DNA of 63,147 bases, filler included, from Octopus bimaculoides (lineage: Eukaryota), in NCBI RefSeq assembly GCF_001194135.2. It is 6 parts of 5 records of this genome, joined end to end, with 100 filler letters (N's around TTAATTAATTAA, not from the genome) between each part and the next. Parts side by side here need not be neighbours in the genome. Positions count along the whole stretch, not along the records: positions 1 to 14,413 come from NC_068994.1; 5 more parts are not named here. One strand, given 5' to 3'. The translations under genes were made by a program, and so were the position numbers. The notes beneath the pieces were generated by a model that ran no database searches, was not told where the DNA came from, and saw only the letters and a program-made list of their open reading frames with translations. Below, piece after piece: positions 1 to 12,150 of this stretch; the stretch's first letter is position 1; each line of letters opens with the position of its first letter.

Positions 1-444
1 AAAATATGGGAAAAGCTGGAGATGAATGTTTTGAAAACATTCTGAACTATCTTTCAGAATGGTTTACTTTTCAATGAAATATCATTTTGTTATTTTTCAT
101 GTTTTTATTCAATTTATCTGCAATTTTCTTCTTGTATTAGATGGATAACCCACCCTCCATTTACAGCAAGTAGCGAGCGTCTCATTTTTTACCTGTGTGC
201 TAAATTCGACTACTTATGACTAACGCATGCGCATGCGCAAATTTGTGACATGCACGCTCCCAGAACTTGGATCCACACTTCTCCAGTAGTGCCAAATTTT
301 GAAACTGAGTTTGCACCCCCTAAGCAAATTTTGTTCCCGTGCCACTGAATACATGAACATATATAAAAAGAATGTTAAGAAGAAATATAATATTCTAAGA
401 AAAGCCAGTTTATTATTAAAAATTATGATGACACCTGGGTATGA

Positions 445-600
445 CTATAAATTACACCCGGTAATGGGGCTCTGGTTTCAGGGTTTGAGGAGTGCGGGAC
501 CACCTCTTAATCACTATTGTTCCCAGGTCTACTCTGGCCCAGAGTGATAGCACCTGAAAGGGTCCCAGCTATAGGTTAACTAGCGAACCCCCTGCGAATT
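445..600. mobile_element. Interspersed SINE-like repeat fragment
   Basis: Resembles a common cephalopod interspersed repeat (…cccaggtctactctggcccagagtgatagcacctgaaagggtcccagctatagg…). Recalled similarity only. Confidence 0.4.
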
Positions 601-649
601 TATTAAAAGTTAGAATCTTCAAGATTAATGTGGGTTAAGATGATGTGGG

Positions 650-2650
650 TGTTTTTTAGTACGCCCATACGTCCAGGATGTGAAAGAAATAGAGTTCTGG
701 AGGTAACTGACAGAGTGTGTGGATAAGGTGGGAAAAAGTGGTTATGTGGTGGTGTTGGGTGATTTGAATGCATGAGTGGGAAATGAGGAAGTAGAAAATG
801 TAGTTGGAAAAAATAGAGTTCCTGGTCGGAATGAGAGTGGAAGGAGGATGTTGGAAATGTGTATGGAGCAGGAGTTGGTGGTGGGAAATAGTCTTTTCAA
901 AAAGTGAGAGAATAAGTTCACGTGGTGGAGGGAGGAACAGTAGTGGATAGGTCCTTGATGGACTATATATTAATTGATAAGAGAGTGGTAGGAAGGTTGA
1001 TGGATGTGTATGTAATGAGATGTGAATGTGGAGGAGTGTCAGATCACTTCTTATTACAGGGTAAGTTGAAGGTATGCTTAAGTGATGAGTGACGAAGGAG
1101 AGAGGTTGTGAAGGTGAGTGAACTGGACAGAAGAGAGAAGGAGCAGGAGTATGGAGAGAAACTGAGGTGAAATGGTTAGTGAGGGTTAGTGGCTGGAAGA
1201 GTACTAAAGGACTGGTGTAGTGCCTGTATAGTGCCACTGTACAAGGGGAAAGGGGATAAATGTGAGTGTGGAAATTTTAGGGGTCTGGAGTGTGGTTGGT
1301 AAACTATGGGAGAATTCTGGTTGTTAGGGTGAGGAACCAGATAGTGTACTAGGGGAGGAGTAGAAGGGGGTGTACAGATGAAATATTTGTAGTAAGACAA
1401 ATGTGTGAGAAGTTTTTGGCAAAAGGGAGGAAGGTGTATTGGGATCTTATGGACCTAGAGAAGGCATATAACCGAGTGGATAAGGATGCAATGTGGCGGG
1501 TGTTGTGGTTGTATGGAGTAGATGGGAGACTGTTGAGAGCTGTTCAGAGTTTTTATAGAGAAAGTAGGGCGTGCTTTAGGGTGGGTGGTTAAGTGAGTGG
1601 TAAGGTGGGGTTAAGACAGGGTTATGTAATGTCTTCGTGGCTGTTAAATTTATATATGGACGGTGTGGTGCTAGAACCCTTGGTAGGGGAGCCCAAATGA
1701 TGGGAGAAAATGAAGAGATATAGCTGGTGAGTCAGTTGTTTGCTGATGATACAGCACTGGTGGTGGATTCGGAAGAGCAACTGAGGAGACTGATGATAGA
1801 GTTTGGAAGAGTGTGAGAGGAGGAAACTGAAAGTGAATGTAGCTAAGAGTAAGGTGAAGAGTTGTTCGAGAGATGGAAGGGCTGGTAGGATGGATGTGAG
1901 AAAAAGATGAAATGTTAGAGGAGGTGAATGCTTTTAAGTATCTGGGGTCACATGTGACAGCGGATGGGGGGGATGAAGAGGTTGGATATAGAGTGAGTGG
2001 GGGAGTAAGATACTCGGAGTTGTGAAAGGTATGCTGAGAGATAAACGGTTGAGTATGAAAGCGAAAAGATGTGTGTATGAGGCTATGATTGTGCCGACAA
2101 TGTTATATGGTGCAGAGACGTGGAGCCTGAGGGATGCAGAAAGGGAGTGACCAGATATGTTTGAGATGAATGTCAGGGGGCTATAGTTGGTGTGAGACGG
2201 ATAGACAAGATGAAAAGATGAGCAGGAATGAGAGAAAAAGTAACAACCAAATTGGATAGACGAATGGTTTGACCATATGGAGAGGATGGATGAGGAACGA
2301 ATGGATGAGGAACGATGAAGGCTGAAGTAGTAGGCAGCAGACCTCGATTTGTGTGGATGGATGGAGTAAGGAACGGTTTAGTAGTTAGAGGTGTTGGAGT
2401 GAGAGAGTCAAAAGAGTTTATAGGAAAGCTTTGTGGACAGATGAGTGAATTTTGATGTTGCTCAAAGGGGTACGGAACTAGCATGATGCGGCGGTGAGTA
2501 AACCACCATATGCTGTTGGGCCCTGCTGCTGATAATGGGGGTTGCATTTTATGCCTTGACCCGAGCATAGAACGGGGCTCGCCCTTTTGAGCTGGGAAAT
2601 GAATGGAATGCCTGATGTCTGTCTTGTGGCTACCCACTCATAAAAAAAAA
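650..2650 (+). mobile_element. Degenerate RTE-clade LINE (endonuclease fragment, reverse transcriptase, 3' end)
   Basis: Fragments include APE-type VVLGDLNA*VGNEEVENVVGKNRVPGRNESGRRMLEMC (~750-880), DWCSACIVPLYKGKGDKCECGNFRG (~1210-1285), MCEKFLAKGRKVYWDLMDLEKAYNRVDKDAMWRVL (ORF 1401-1592) and FADDTAL (~1739). There are many stops and frameshifts, and a deletion between EN and RT. Confidence 0.9.
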
Positions 2651-2799
2651 TGGGAAATAGGTCTGGATATATATATGTAATATGTCGACATCAGTAGATA
2701 ATGAAAGAATAAAAAATAAACAAAAATTTTACGCCACGACATTTTGTTATCTATGTATATATGCTAAAAAAATTATAAAATTTATGCTTATTAAACTAT

Positions 2800-3060
2800 A
2801 GGAAAAGTAATTATAATTACGGCGTTACTTATAATTGAAATATTTAAATGCTTTTCTATATTTATGGGAACATTCCAACGTAAGACAGGTTCTACAGTTT
2901 AATAATCTTAATTTTGAAGTAATTATATAATACATTTCCTCTAGGCAAAGAACACATTTAAAATTACCAGTATTGTACGATGGAGCGTAACTAATGATGG
3001 TCCACTTTATATTGTAGTTAATGTTCCTATGTTTCAAATCCTAAATGCATTTACTAAGAT
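2800..3060 (-). mobile_element. Penelope-like element, GIY-YIG endonuclease C-terminal fragment
   Basis: ORF 2825-3037 KHRNINYNIKWTIISYAPSYNTGNFKCVLCLEEMYYII...LLNCRTCLTLECSHKYRK matches the PLE C-terminal pattern (KW.I...A..Y......C.LCL.EK..I...LN.R..L...C.H). Confidence 0.75.
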
Positions 3061-3289
3061 TCGTAGAATTACATTTTTTCTTACCTTAATTGAAGATGAA
3101 CGGTTATGTAATCTAGGTAAATTGTAGCAAAAAAACTTAAATAATAATATGTACGATCCCCTGAAATTACCTTACATTGATATACTATATTCTTTTTTAA
3201 CTACTGATTTTCTAAAGGACATATGATTTTGTTTTTGAAATTGCAAAGGTGTTTATTCATTCGTATGTAGCACTCATGGTTAAAGGAAT

Positions 3290-6200
3290 TAGAACTCTGC
3301 GTTATCTTAGAGGCCCCAGAAAAACTCCAGCAGAGAGAACTGGTCTGGGATAAACCTAGAGTTTCTGCTCTCAGTGAAACCCGAGAAGAGAGAAAAATCC
3401 CGGACAGCCCAAAAGGGATCGAGCAATGTTATCTTAGAAAGTAGAAAGCGAAAATGTGGCCTTTATGGGTCCACAGGCACCTTAGAACCTTCTGCCCAAA
3501 AAGATAGGAGGCATGGGACCACCCCTACTACCAACAACATACCCCTAACAGTAGCAACATCAAAGATAATATGCCACACTTGCAGCAGCATCTTAAATAA
3601 CAACAGAGACAGCGATAACACAAAAATTATCGTCAGTTAGAGCTACAACAGCAACATCAACAAGTAAACCAGCAGTTGCGAAAGCAATTACACCACCAGA
3701 TACGACAACGAAAGTAGCTGAAACAGCAACAGCCCTAGCAGCTCCAGCGTCACTATTACAATAAGAAAAGCAACGGAAGAACTACCCAAGGCGTCTCTCA
3801 ACCCAGCTTTCCCTCTCCTCTTTTCTTAACTACACACTCACACATAAACAGACATCCAAACACAAACACAGTCCTACAACTAAGACAGATACCACAGACA
3901 CTGGTCCTGCCATATGTCAAAGTGAAGACGGGGAACCTCCAAAAAGAAATTAATGAAAAAACGAAGCACGGGAAAAATCATCTGATCTCACCCTAACACA
4001 CACCAGAAGACACAGGAAACTCGCACAAAAAACACAGGCACATCGAAAACAATATTCCCACCGACCCTACAACCGTCAGCACAACCACCAACATTATATC
4101 AACCTCACTTCGGACCCAAAAGAAAGCTCACATAACCACACAGACACGAAATTTCTTGCTTGTGAGGAGAGCCAGTGATGAATTGATGGCCCTCATAGCA
4201 CGAAATAAAGATATTGGATGTGAGCAATAGTGAAGATGGTGCTTTTAGACTAATCGCCGAGTACACCCCAATCAGAGCGACCCAGTCAGATTTCTTCAGA
4301 CGGGAGAAGGGATTTCTTGGGACGTTACGCGCTTTACTGCCAGTAGGCAACTGGATCGCTGTCCTGGACGCACACGAGGATACGGTGGGGATAGCCAGTA
4401 GGAGAGGGGTGTGTAAAAGCCTCAAAACCCTGCTCAGTCGCTTCCAACTAACTGGCAGTTACCGACTGGATTTCCCGAATGCGTCAATATGGACATGGGC
4501 AAACAGCATCGGGTCTACAAGACAGTATCTAGACAGAGTATTTTGTAGGCTAGTTGTTAGGCCAGTTGATAGAAGTAATATAAGTTATCTACAATCCTAA
4601 GTCGCCGGCTACACAGACCATAAATTTGCGATCTGTACTGTCGACCTATATGTGATCCATAGGCTGCATCCTGGATACAGGAAGCTGAACACGCTTTCCC
4701 AGTGCATCAAGTTTTCAGAGACTGGAAGTTGTCGGATGCAATCGTCAACAATTGATCGTGGATAGCCCTGAAAAAGGCTATTAGGGTAGAGGGTTTAGTA
4801 ATGAAATAGCTTCAGAGGGAGACCTAACTAGGAAGCTAGAAGAGGGATTTAGAAGTGGCATAGAGACTGATGTACTGATGGCAAGATTGGCTCTTGATCA
4901 ATTCTTCAGTGCCAAGCACGAAGGCTGCGTTGTCAGAGCTAGGGTGCGTGCTGTAAGTCATGAACTGACGAAAGCCTTTCGATGGGGCCAGGTGGTGGCA
5001 GCGCAACGTGAAAACAAAGCTACAATTCGGTTTTTGACGGTCTGGGACGGGCTCTTGCTACTCGAATCCAAGCAGACGCATGCGGAACTTCAGCAGCATT
5101 TTACCGACTGTACGGAGTGCTCAATGATTCGGAGACGAGAGTAGATTTCACCCCCTAACTTGACAGCATGCCGTACATTTCGGCCGGGGATACAGGGATC
5201 TGCAAATTACTGATAACAGCCGGAGATATAGGGGACGCGATGACTAGCTGCACAAAGGAGAAGCCTTCGGGGTTGAATGGCCTGTCCTTCGAGTTCTATC
5301 TTCACATGCCAGATTTGTTCGGTGATCTCTTGGTAGATGTCTCCTGCAACTGCCAGTAGAACAGAGGATTCCCAGTGCTGTGAGACATGGCTTGGTGGTG
5401 CTGCTGAGAAAGGACTCGGACAGGGGGTACGAAATAGATAATTTTAGGTCTGTAACTCTGCTAAACGCAGATTACAAGATTTTGACTAAGGTGTTAGCCA
5501 AGAGGTCGGCGCTTGTCGTCAGTAAACTGGTTGGTGACGAACAGGTATCCGCTCTCCCAAACAGATCTATCCACGACAATCCCCATCTCTCGCAGTACAT
5601 CAAAGAGTTGGATATTTCGAAGGGCTTCCCGCGTGAACCAGCATGCGAAAGATTCGTGTCGGCTTATGTGGACGACGTCGCCGTTATAATGTTGGACAAC
5701 TCGGAATGCGAAGCAGTAACAGGAGCAAAGATTAACAATGAGAAGTCGGTAGGATTAACAATGAGAGCTCGGGAGTTAGAGAAGCAGGTCCACGCGTCGT
5801 GGGGCACTGGACGGAGGGGTCGGTTAAAATGCTAATGATCTGATTTGGCCCCGAACAAGAACTTGTGGTGATGGTGGGGTGGGGAGAGGTGACGAGAAGG
5901 GTGGCTAGTATCACCCTGAAATGGGATAAGAGGAAGTTGTTCCTGAAATATCGGACGGATGTTTCAAACGCGTATATCACATCCGTCATCTACTACCGCC
6001 TGACTCGTCCTTTGCTCGGTTTCGTGGCTGATCAAGCTGGAGTGCTTGCTCTTCTGTTCTATGTGGGAACAGATGTGTTCCGCACGTCAGACGATCCATC
6101 TGCTGTCAGCAGCTACTGAATGGGCATGCCGTGGCTAATGATGCACAGACATGCTCTGAGGCAACGACATATCCAGCGTTTCTTTGACGGATGAGCACTT

Positions 6201-7213
6201 GTGATAACCGTTTGTCCGACAGGATTGCCCGCAACTCGTATTCCTGATTCACGAAAGGATCAAGAAAGGCGCTTGGCACCTGGAGTGTGGGAAGGCACTT
6301 ACAGCTGCCTGTCAGTCGATCAATGCGGTCAGTGGAAGTTCCACATAAGGGATTAATGGCAGGTAAGAACGGCGAAGTACTTAGGAAAACTCTGAGCGTC
6401 GGAAGAGATCAATTAGCTAGGTTTTTTCCGGAGGACTTTTGAGCTGAAGCCTACGGATAAGTTCCAGAAATCCTTGGCCTGGTAGTACTACTGGGGGACT
6501 CTGCCGGTTCAAGACAAGCTTTACAGGAACGGAAATGCTGTTAGATGCACCTGTCCGAGATGTGCGTAGGGCGATGAAACCGTTCTGTATGCATTCATCC
6601 AGTATCCGGGTATTGTTGACTTGTGGTGCTTTATCGAACAGCTGGTGACGCGTGTAGGATGGATCCACTTATCAATCGAGTCCATTGTGAGGATCACACC
6701 GCCCCACCCCCATTTGGGCTCGGGAATGGGGGGCAGTTTTCCTCTGTCTGATGGTTACGGTGAGAGAAGTAGTGTGGTGGACAAGGCTGAAAGGATTGAA
6801 GACACTTTCTTCTTCGGCCAAGCCTTTATCGCCTTTTCCAAATTCCACTTTACAAGGAAAGTGAGAGTAAAGTGGGAAGTTCTTCACACCCCACCCCACC
6901 TAGCAATTTTGTTGAAAGATGGGTGAATGTGGAGAGGATGGCCCATGTGAATGGGCCTACTATGAATATACGCCTGTAGGTCGGATGTGTCGAGGAGAGA
7001 GGTGCCTCTCTTAGACGTTGGGGTGACCAGAATATGTGGGGTTCTTTGGTCGGTCTTGGATGGAATTCTTTCTTTTTGAGGAATTTTGTTGTTTAAATTT
7101 TGTTGTTATTGTTTTTATTGTGTACACGTATTTTTGTGCTAAGCCTCACTTGTCCCTTGGTTTGTATTGCCTCATTTTGTTTTGTGTTGGCCCTTGTGAC
7201 CAATACAGAAAAG
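3290..7213 (+). mobile_element. Degenerate Tx1/L1-clade LINE (ORF1 remnant, APE endonuclease, RT, 3' UTR)
   Basis: The EN fragment reads FRLIAEYTPIRATQSDFFRREKGFLGTLRALLPVGNWIAVLD (4214-4600). RT fragments read KPSGLNGLSFEFY (5168-5359), GLVVLLRKDSDRGYEIDNFRSVTLLNADYKILTKVLAKR and AYVDDV (5380-5835). A T-rich 3' UTR ends ...cccttgtgaccaatacagaaaag. The 5' boundary is approximate. Confidence 0.85.
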
Positions 7214-7489
7214 ATTATTATTATTATCATTATTATCTTCATTCGCATCATGTTTCCATTCCTTGCCGAGTGTCTTCCTGACACCTAGGGCAGAGAAACG
7301 TACTGTATACATTAGTAGGCCATTAAAACAAACACACCAGACTGTTCATTTACTGAGTCATGTGATAGAGGAAAAGGGGAAGACAGAGAGAAAAGTAAAC
7401 AAATAAAATACAGGAGGAAAAAGAAAAGAAAATTCACAGTGACAATGCTCTTCTCAATACGTGTGACGTTATCAGTTAAGACAATCAAA

Positions 7490-8925
7490 CATCCAGTCAT
7501 TAGATGTTTCAAGATATTTTTCCTGTTCAATTGTGGTGGTTCATTCAGGGATCATTCTTAAATAATCACTGGTATTGTAACCGTCCTTATATTTTCTGAG
7601 CTTATCAAATTCTTTTGCCGAGATAATATGGTCACAAGGTATGCTCATGCCAATTAATAAACATACTTTTTTGCTTTTATCTTTCACAACAATATCTGAT
7701 TTATTTACTCTCTGCTTTTAGCCCCGAGTTCCGTAGCCACTGATGGGTGTGTTTCTGATCTACATCAGCTTGCTTGCTACGGGCCACATATTTGCCATGC
7801 AGATGCTTTTGTTCCCACCTATCAGCCAATTGTCCAAGCGCATTTTGCTTTGCTATTGATTTAACCTTCTTTGCAACTACAGTTGCTGCACTTCCATCAT
7901 GCTGTTCAACCTGAGTATTAAGCATAAACTCACTTGAAAATTTTTTGCTCTCCTTCATAACAGAATGAAGTTTCTTTCTGATTTTCATGGTTTTCAACGT
8001 CTTTCATGGTTTCAAAGTCTTTCATGGTTTTCAACGAGCTTTAGCATCCAGTCGTTAGATGTTTCAAGACATTTTGCCAGTTCAATTGTGGTGGTTTTGT
8101 AGGAGATTTCAAATTGGGTCAAGCCTGGACCTCTTTGAGCTCTGGGTAGGTAAAGACGATTTGCGTCTGCCTTTGGGTGGTGCATCTTATTGCAAGTCAG
8201 CAGCTCACGGATTTTCCTTTCAATCTTCCTTATTTCCCTCATATTCCAGTTCAATACATTGAAACTGTAAATAACAACCGGAACTGCTAAGGAATTTATA
8301 GCTCACACCTTGTTACGTGCATTTAACTCGGATTTTAGGACTGCTCGATCTCTCCTGTAACACTCCTTCCTGATCTTCTCTTTCATACTTGCATGCTGAA
8401 TGTCAGATCCCGCATTTATTTCGAAATATTTGTAAGTTTCTTCCAACTCGAGTTCTTTTATGACTGTATCAACATCCAACACCACTGAATGTGAGGTCTT
8501 CAATTTCCCTTCCTGGAAAGTGGCTTTGACACATTTATCAAGACCAAATTCCATCCCAATGTCATCACTGAATGCTTTCATAGTACGCAGTAGTCCTTCA
8601 AGCTCATTATCGTCTTTTCCATAGAGTTTTAAATCATCCATATAAAATAGATGACTTATTTTCTTGTCGCCAATTTTATATCCATTCCCTGTTCTGTTAA
8701 GTTTACTAGTAAGGGGTATTAGGGCTATGCAGGAAATTAAAGGTGAAAATGCCGCAGTTGATATTAATATTTTTTGTGGTCAGCACTCAATTAGAGTGGT
8801 ATAACTGGAGGATCGTATTCCACATTGACATGTTGTGCTTCATGAAGTTTGAAATCACAGGAGAAATTTTGAAGATATTCAGCGATTTCAAGATATTATT
8901 ATTTCATATACGCACAACAAATTAG
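7490..8925 (-). mobile_element. R4/Dong-type (restriction-like endonuclease) LINE, copy A, 5'-truncated and internally deleted
   Basis: Fragments include SHLFYMDDLKLYGKDDNELEGLLRTMKAFSDDIGMEFGLDKC (8303-8650), HHPKADANRLYLPRAQRGPGL (8012-8254), KHLHGKY...HQWLRNSGLKAES (7701-7997) and the REL motif DIVVKDKSKKVCLLIGMSIPCDH...KEFDKLRKYKD (~7585-7700). Confidence 0.88.
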
Positions 8926-8934
8926 ACAGTTGGA

Positions 8935-9236
8935 AAAGAAAAAATTCCTAACCTTACATGCCAAGAACTCTCCTAAGTACTCTAGTTGTCCTTAATAACA
9001 GTTTTCTGGAGCTGTACTAAACTGAGTTTTAGGCCTATTTTCTCTATCCATCTGTTCGAACATTTAGGGATAGTTCTTAATGTACCTATAACTACTGGGA
9101 TACATTTTACTCACACTTTCCATAGTCTCTGTAACTAGGTCCTGATACTTTGCTAGTTTCTCTATACCGCTCATATTGACTTTTTCATCATTTGTGACTA
9201 TAAAGTCAATTATCTGGCACTTTCTATTCTCTTTGT

Positions 9237-9288
<52 letters not shown>

Positions 9289-9299
9289 CNNNNNNNNNN

Positions 9300-9357
<58 letters not shown>

Positions 9358-9374
9358 TACTACTACTACTACTA

Positions 9375-9452
<78 letters not shown>

Positions 9453-12150
9453 AATCAGCCCTTCTAGCGTCTATTACTCTGTCTGTCAGAACGTTGAAGT
9501 CCAACACCTTATATTACTTACGTTCTAGTACTTTACTGTGTTCATGTTCATACAGTTTATCAGTGTGATCAAATCCTAGCTTTCTACATAACTCCCAGTG
9601 GATTACTCTCCCTAGGTTGTCATGTCTTTAATTGTACTCTTTTTGTGCCAGCATGCTACATTCACTTACCATATGAGCAACGCTTTCCTCTTTTGATTTG
9701 CATAACCTACACTGGGAATTTACCTGATTTTGTCTATCTTGACTTTTATCCAGTTAGTCCTCAATACTTGATCTTATGCTGTTACTAACAAACTTTCTGC
9801 CTCCCTTTCTGCTACCATAACCATGTCTCACTACTACTATTTCCTGCAACTATCTTAGGGAATCTACCATGCAAAGCTTTCTGTTGTCAGTCAGATAATA
9901 TTTCTTTTATTTTCTGGATTTTAACTTCGTTTGACTTTTTGGTTTTCCTACGTCCTACTGTGACACTAGCAGCTCTTAAACTTACTTCACTATTACCTAC
10001 ACATGAGGATATATCTACTCTAGCTAACTCCAAACAGTCTTCTACTGATATTAACCCGCTTCCCCTTCTTTTCTAGGTCAGTATAATCTTGCTACTCCTG
10101 CTCTTTAGTGAAGTCCTCCATTTATATAGAATTCCTTCCTAGTTCTTCTGTCTAGATATGCTAATTTAGATTTTGGCCAATGTACAAAAGCTGCTGAGTA
10201 TCTAAGTAATGATACTTCCCAAGTATTTACAGCTTTCACTAGATTCAGACCATTTAGCTTTGACTTCCTTAGCTTCCTCACCTCCTTCTCAATTTTCGTT
10301 TTCATTTCTATAGTTAGTACTCAATCAAATTCCTAGATACTTATAACTCTCTACTTCTTTCAATGATTTTAATGTCTAGCCATCTAGCAATTGGACGCCT
10401 TCACTGCGGACTATTCGTCCCTTTTTCATGACGAGTATTGCACACTTATCTATGCCAAATTTTATGCCTATATCTTTGCTGAAGAGTTTTACAGTATACG
10501 TTAAGGAATCGATTTCTTTTTTTCGGATCATCCATGTCGAGCAAATGGTTAATTTTATCTTTACTATTTCTGAACTGGTATCCTGCCTTTGCCTCCCTTA
10601 ATACTAAACCGAGGGGGATTAAACATAAGACAAATATTAAAGAGGATAACGAGTATCCTTGGAAAATTCCTCTCTTAATATTAATTTTCCCTAATGTTGT
10701 ATAACCTGAATAGAGATTCACTTTCCATTTCTTTATGCTAAAGCTAATTAATTCTCTTATGTTGTCTGCTATACTGAATATATTCAAACGTTCACCTATC
10801 CATGAGTGTGGAATCATGTCATAGGCTTTCTTATAATCTATCCATGCTATTGTTAAATTTTTCTTTCTAAATTTTACTTCGTTTAGAATTGCTTTGTCTA
10901 CGTATAATAGACCATACGTTCCTCTAGCCATTTTCCTGCAACCTTTCTGTTCTTCTGACTGTCAAGGTGCTCGTAAATGCTTTTTGAAAGCATTCCTGTT
11001 AACAGCTTGTACAATAATGATAAGCAAGTGATTGGTCTATAATTGCTAGCTGTATTACCCTTATTTTTGTCTTTCATAAGGAGTACTGCTCTCCCACTAG
11101 TCATCCAATTTCGTATTACCCCTCCATTCAGGCAATCCAGAAGTTGGTCCCTCAGTCTCCCATGTAAGCTGCTAATTTTCCTCGGCCAGTACCCTTGAAC
11201 TAAATCGAGCTCTGGGCCCTTCTTTTTCGGCGTTTTCCTAACGCTTTACTCATTAATGCCCTAGTCAGCCTTAAATCTGGCTGCTTCTCACTGACTACTA
11301 ATTCCCTCTCTTTCCTTAACCATGCTGCATCTCCATTATGATTTACTGACTTATCCCAAATATTACTCCAGAATTTTCTAGCTTCCTCTGCATTAGGGTT
11401 CTCATCTTCAGTACTTTCTTCTCCACTATTTATTTGGCTATAAAATCTCCTCTGGTCTGTTTCAAATAATCTATTCTGTTGATACTGATCTATTCTTTTC
11501 TGATATCTGGAGAGCTTACCCGCTACTGCTATAATATGCTGTTTCAACTCTTCCATGACTGTCCCAAATCCTTTCTCTTTGACTAAGTATCTTTTCCCAA
11601 GAGAAAATTTAAATCTTGTGTTTCCTAACTTGTTCACTTTCCAGGCTTCTATTCTACTCAGATCCTGTCTTAAAGTCTTCACTTTATTTTACAAATCCTT
11701 TTCTACATTTGCTCTTTTCTAATCTTTCTTTGAAGAATACCTAATCTTCTAGTGACTACTATCCGTCGGGCATAGATTAATAAGTTAGTGCCACCTATAT
11801 TTTTAGTATCTATCCTACTGATAACAGAATCTACTTTCCTAGTCATATCAAGCAGCTCCCTTCTGTTGGTGCCTTTTAATGTTAGCAATCTTTTTTTTTC
11901 TTTACTCATTGATTCCAGCAACTCATCTAAAATCTTCTTATCTTCCTCACTTATCTTCCTCACTTATCTTCCTCACTTAAGTCGCTGGTGTTATTATTAT
12001 TTTTCCTTTAGGTTCTTTGGTTTGAATTGTATGTCTTATACTGTTGTTCGGCTTTTCTACTGCCTGGTCTCTCTTTACCAGTTCTCTTGTGATCTCTTCC
12101 TCCTCCTATTCTGTCATCCAATTTCTTCTAATAGTTTTTTCTAAAGGCTA
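8935..12150 (-). mobile_element. R4/Dong-type LINE, copy B (different subfamily), most of ORF present but decayed
   Basis: It has an N-terminal region (11703-11963, 11200-11682) and RT segments MTSGRAVLLMKDKNKGNTASNYRPITCL (10898-11104) and WIDYKKAYDMIPHSWI...RGIFQGYSLSSLIF (10446-10931). A CCHC finger CRLCKSKEESVAHMVSECSMLAQKEY lies at ~9630-9715 and REL ARRADLVVV..DKENRKCQIID...EKLAKYQDL at 9064-9507. Confidence 0.9.
9238..9452. repeat. (CTA/TAG)n microsatellite inside the R4-type REL domain
   Basis: Near-perfect tac repeat with a 10-N gap at 9290-9299; it reads as poly-Val in the LINE frame. Confidence 0.95.

Noticed and set aside
222-240. Palindromic gcatgcgcatgcgc (NRF1-like motif)
   Set aside because: Isolated, with no promoter context evident; it probably lies in a DNA-transposon terminal region.
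656-1237. 193-aa His/Ser/Leu-rich minus-strand ORF and similar ORFs at 2173-2637, 4105-4425 and 11788-12144
   Set aside because: Antisense shadows of LINE coding sequence.
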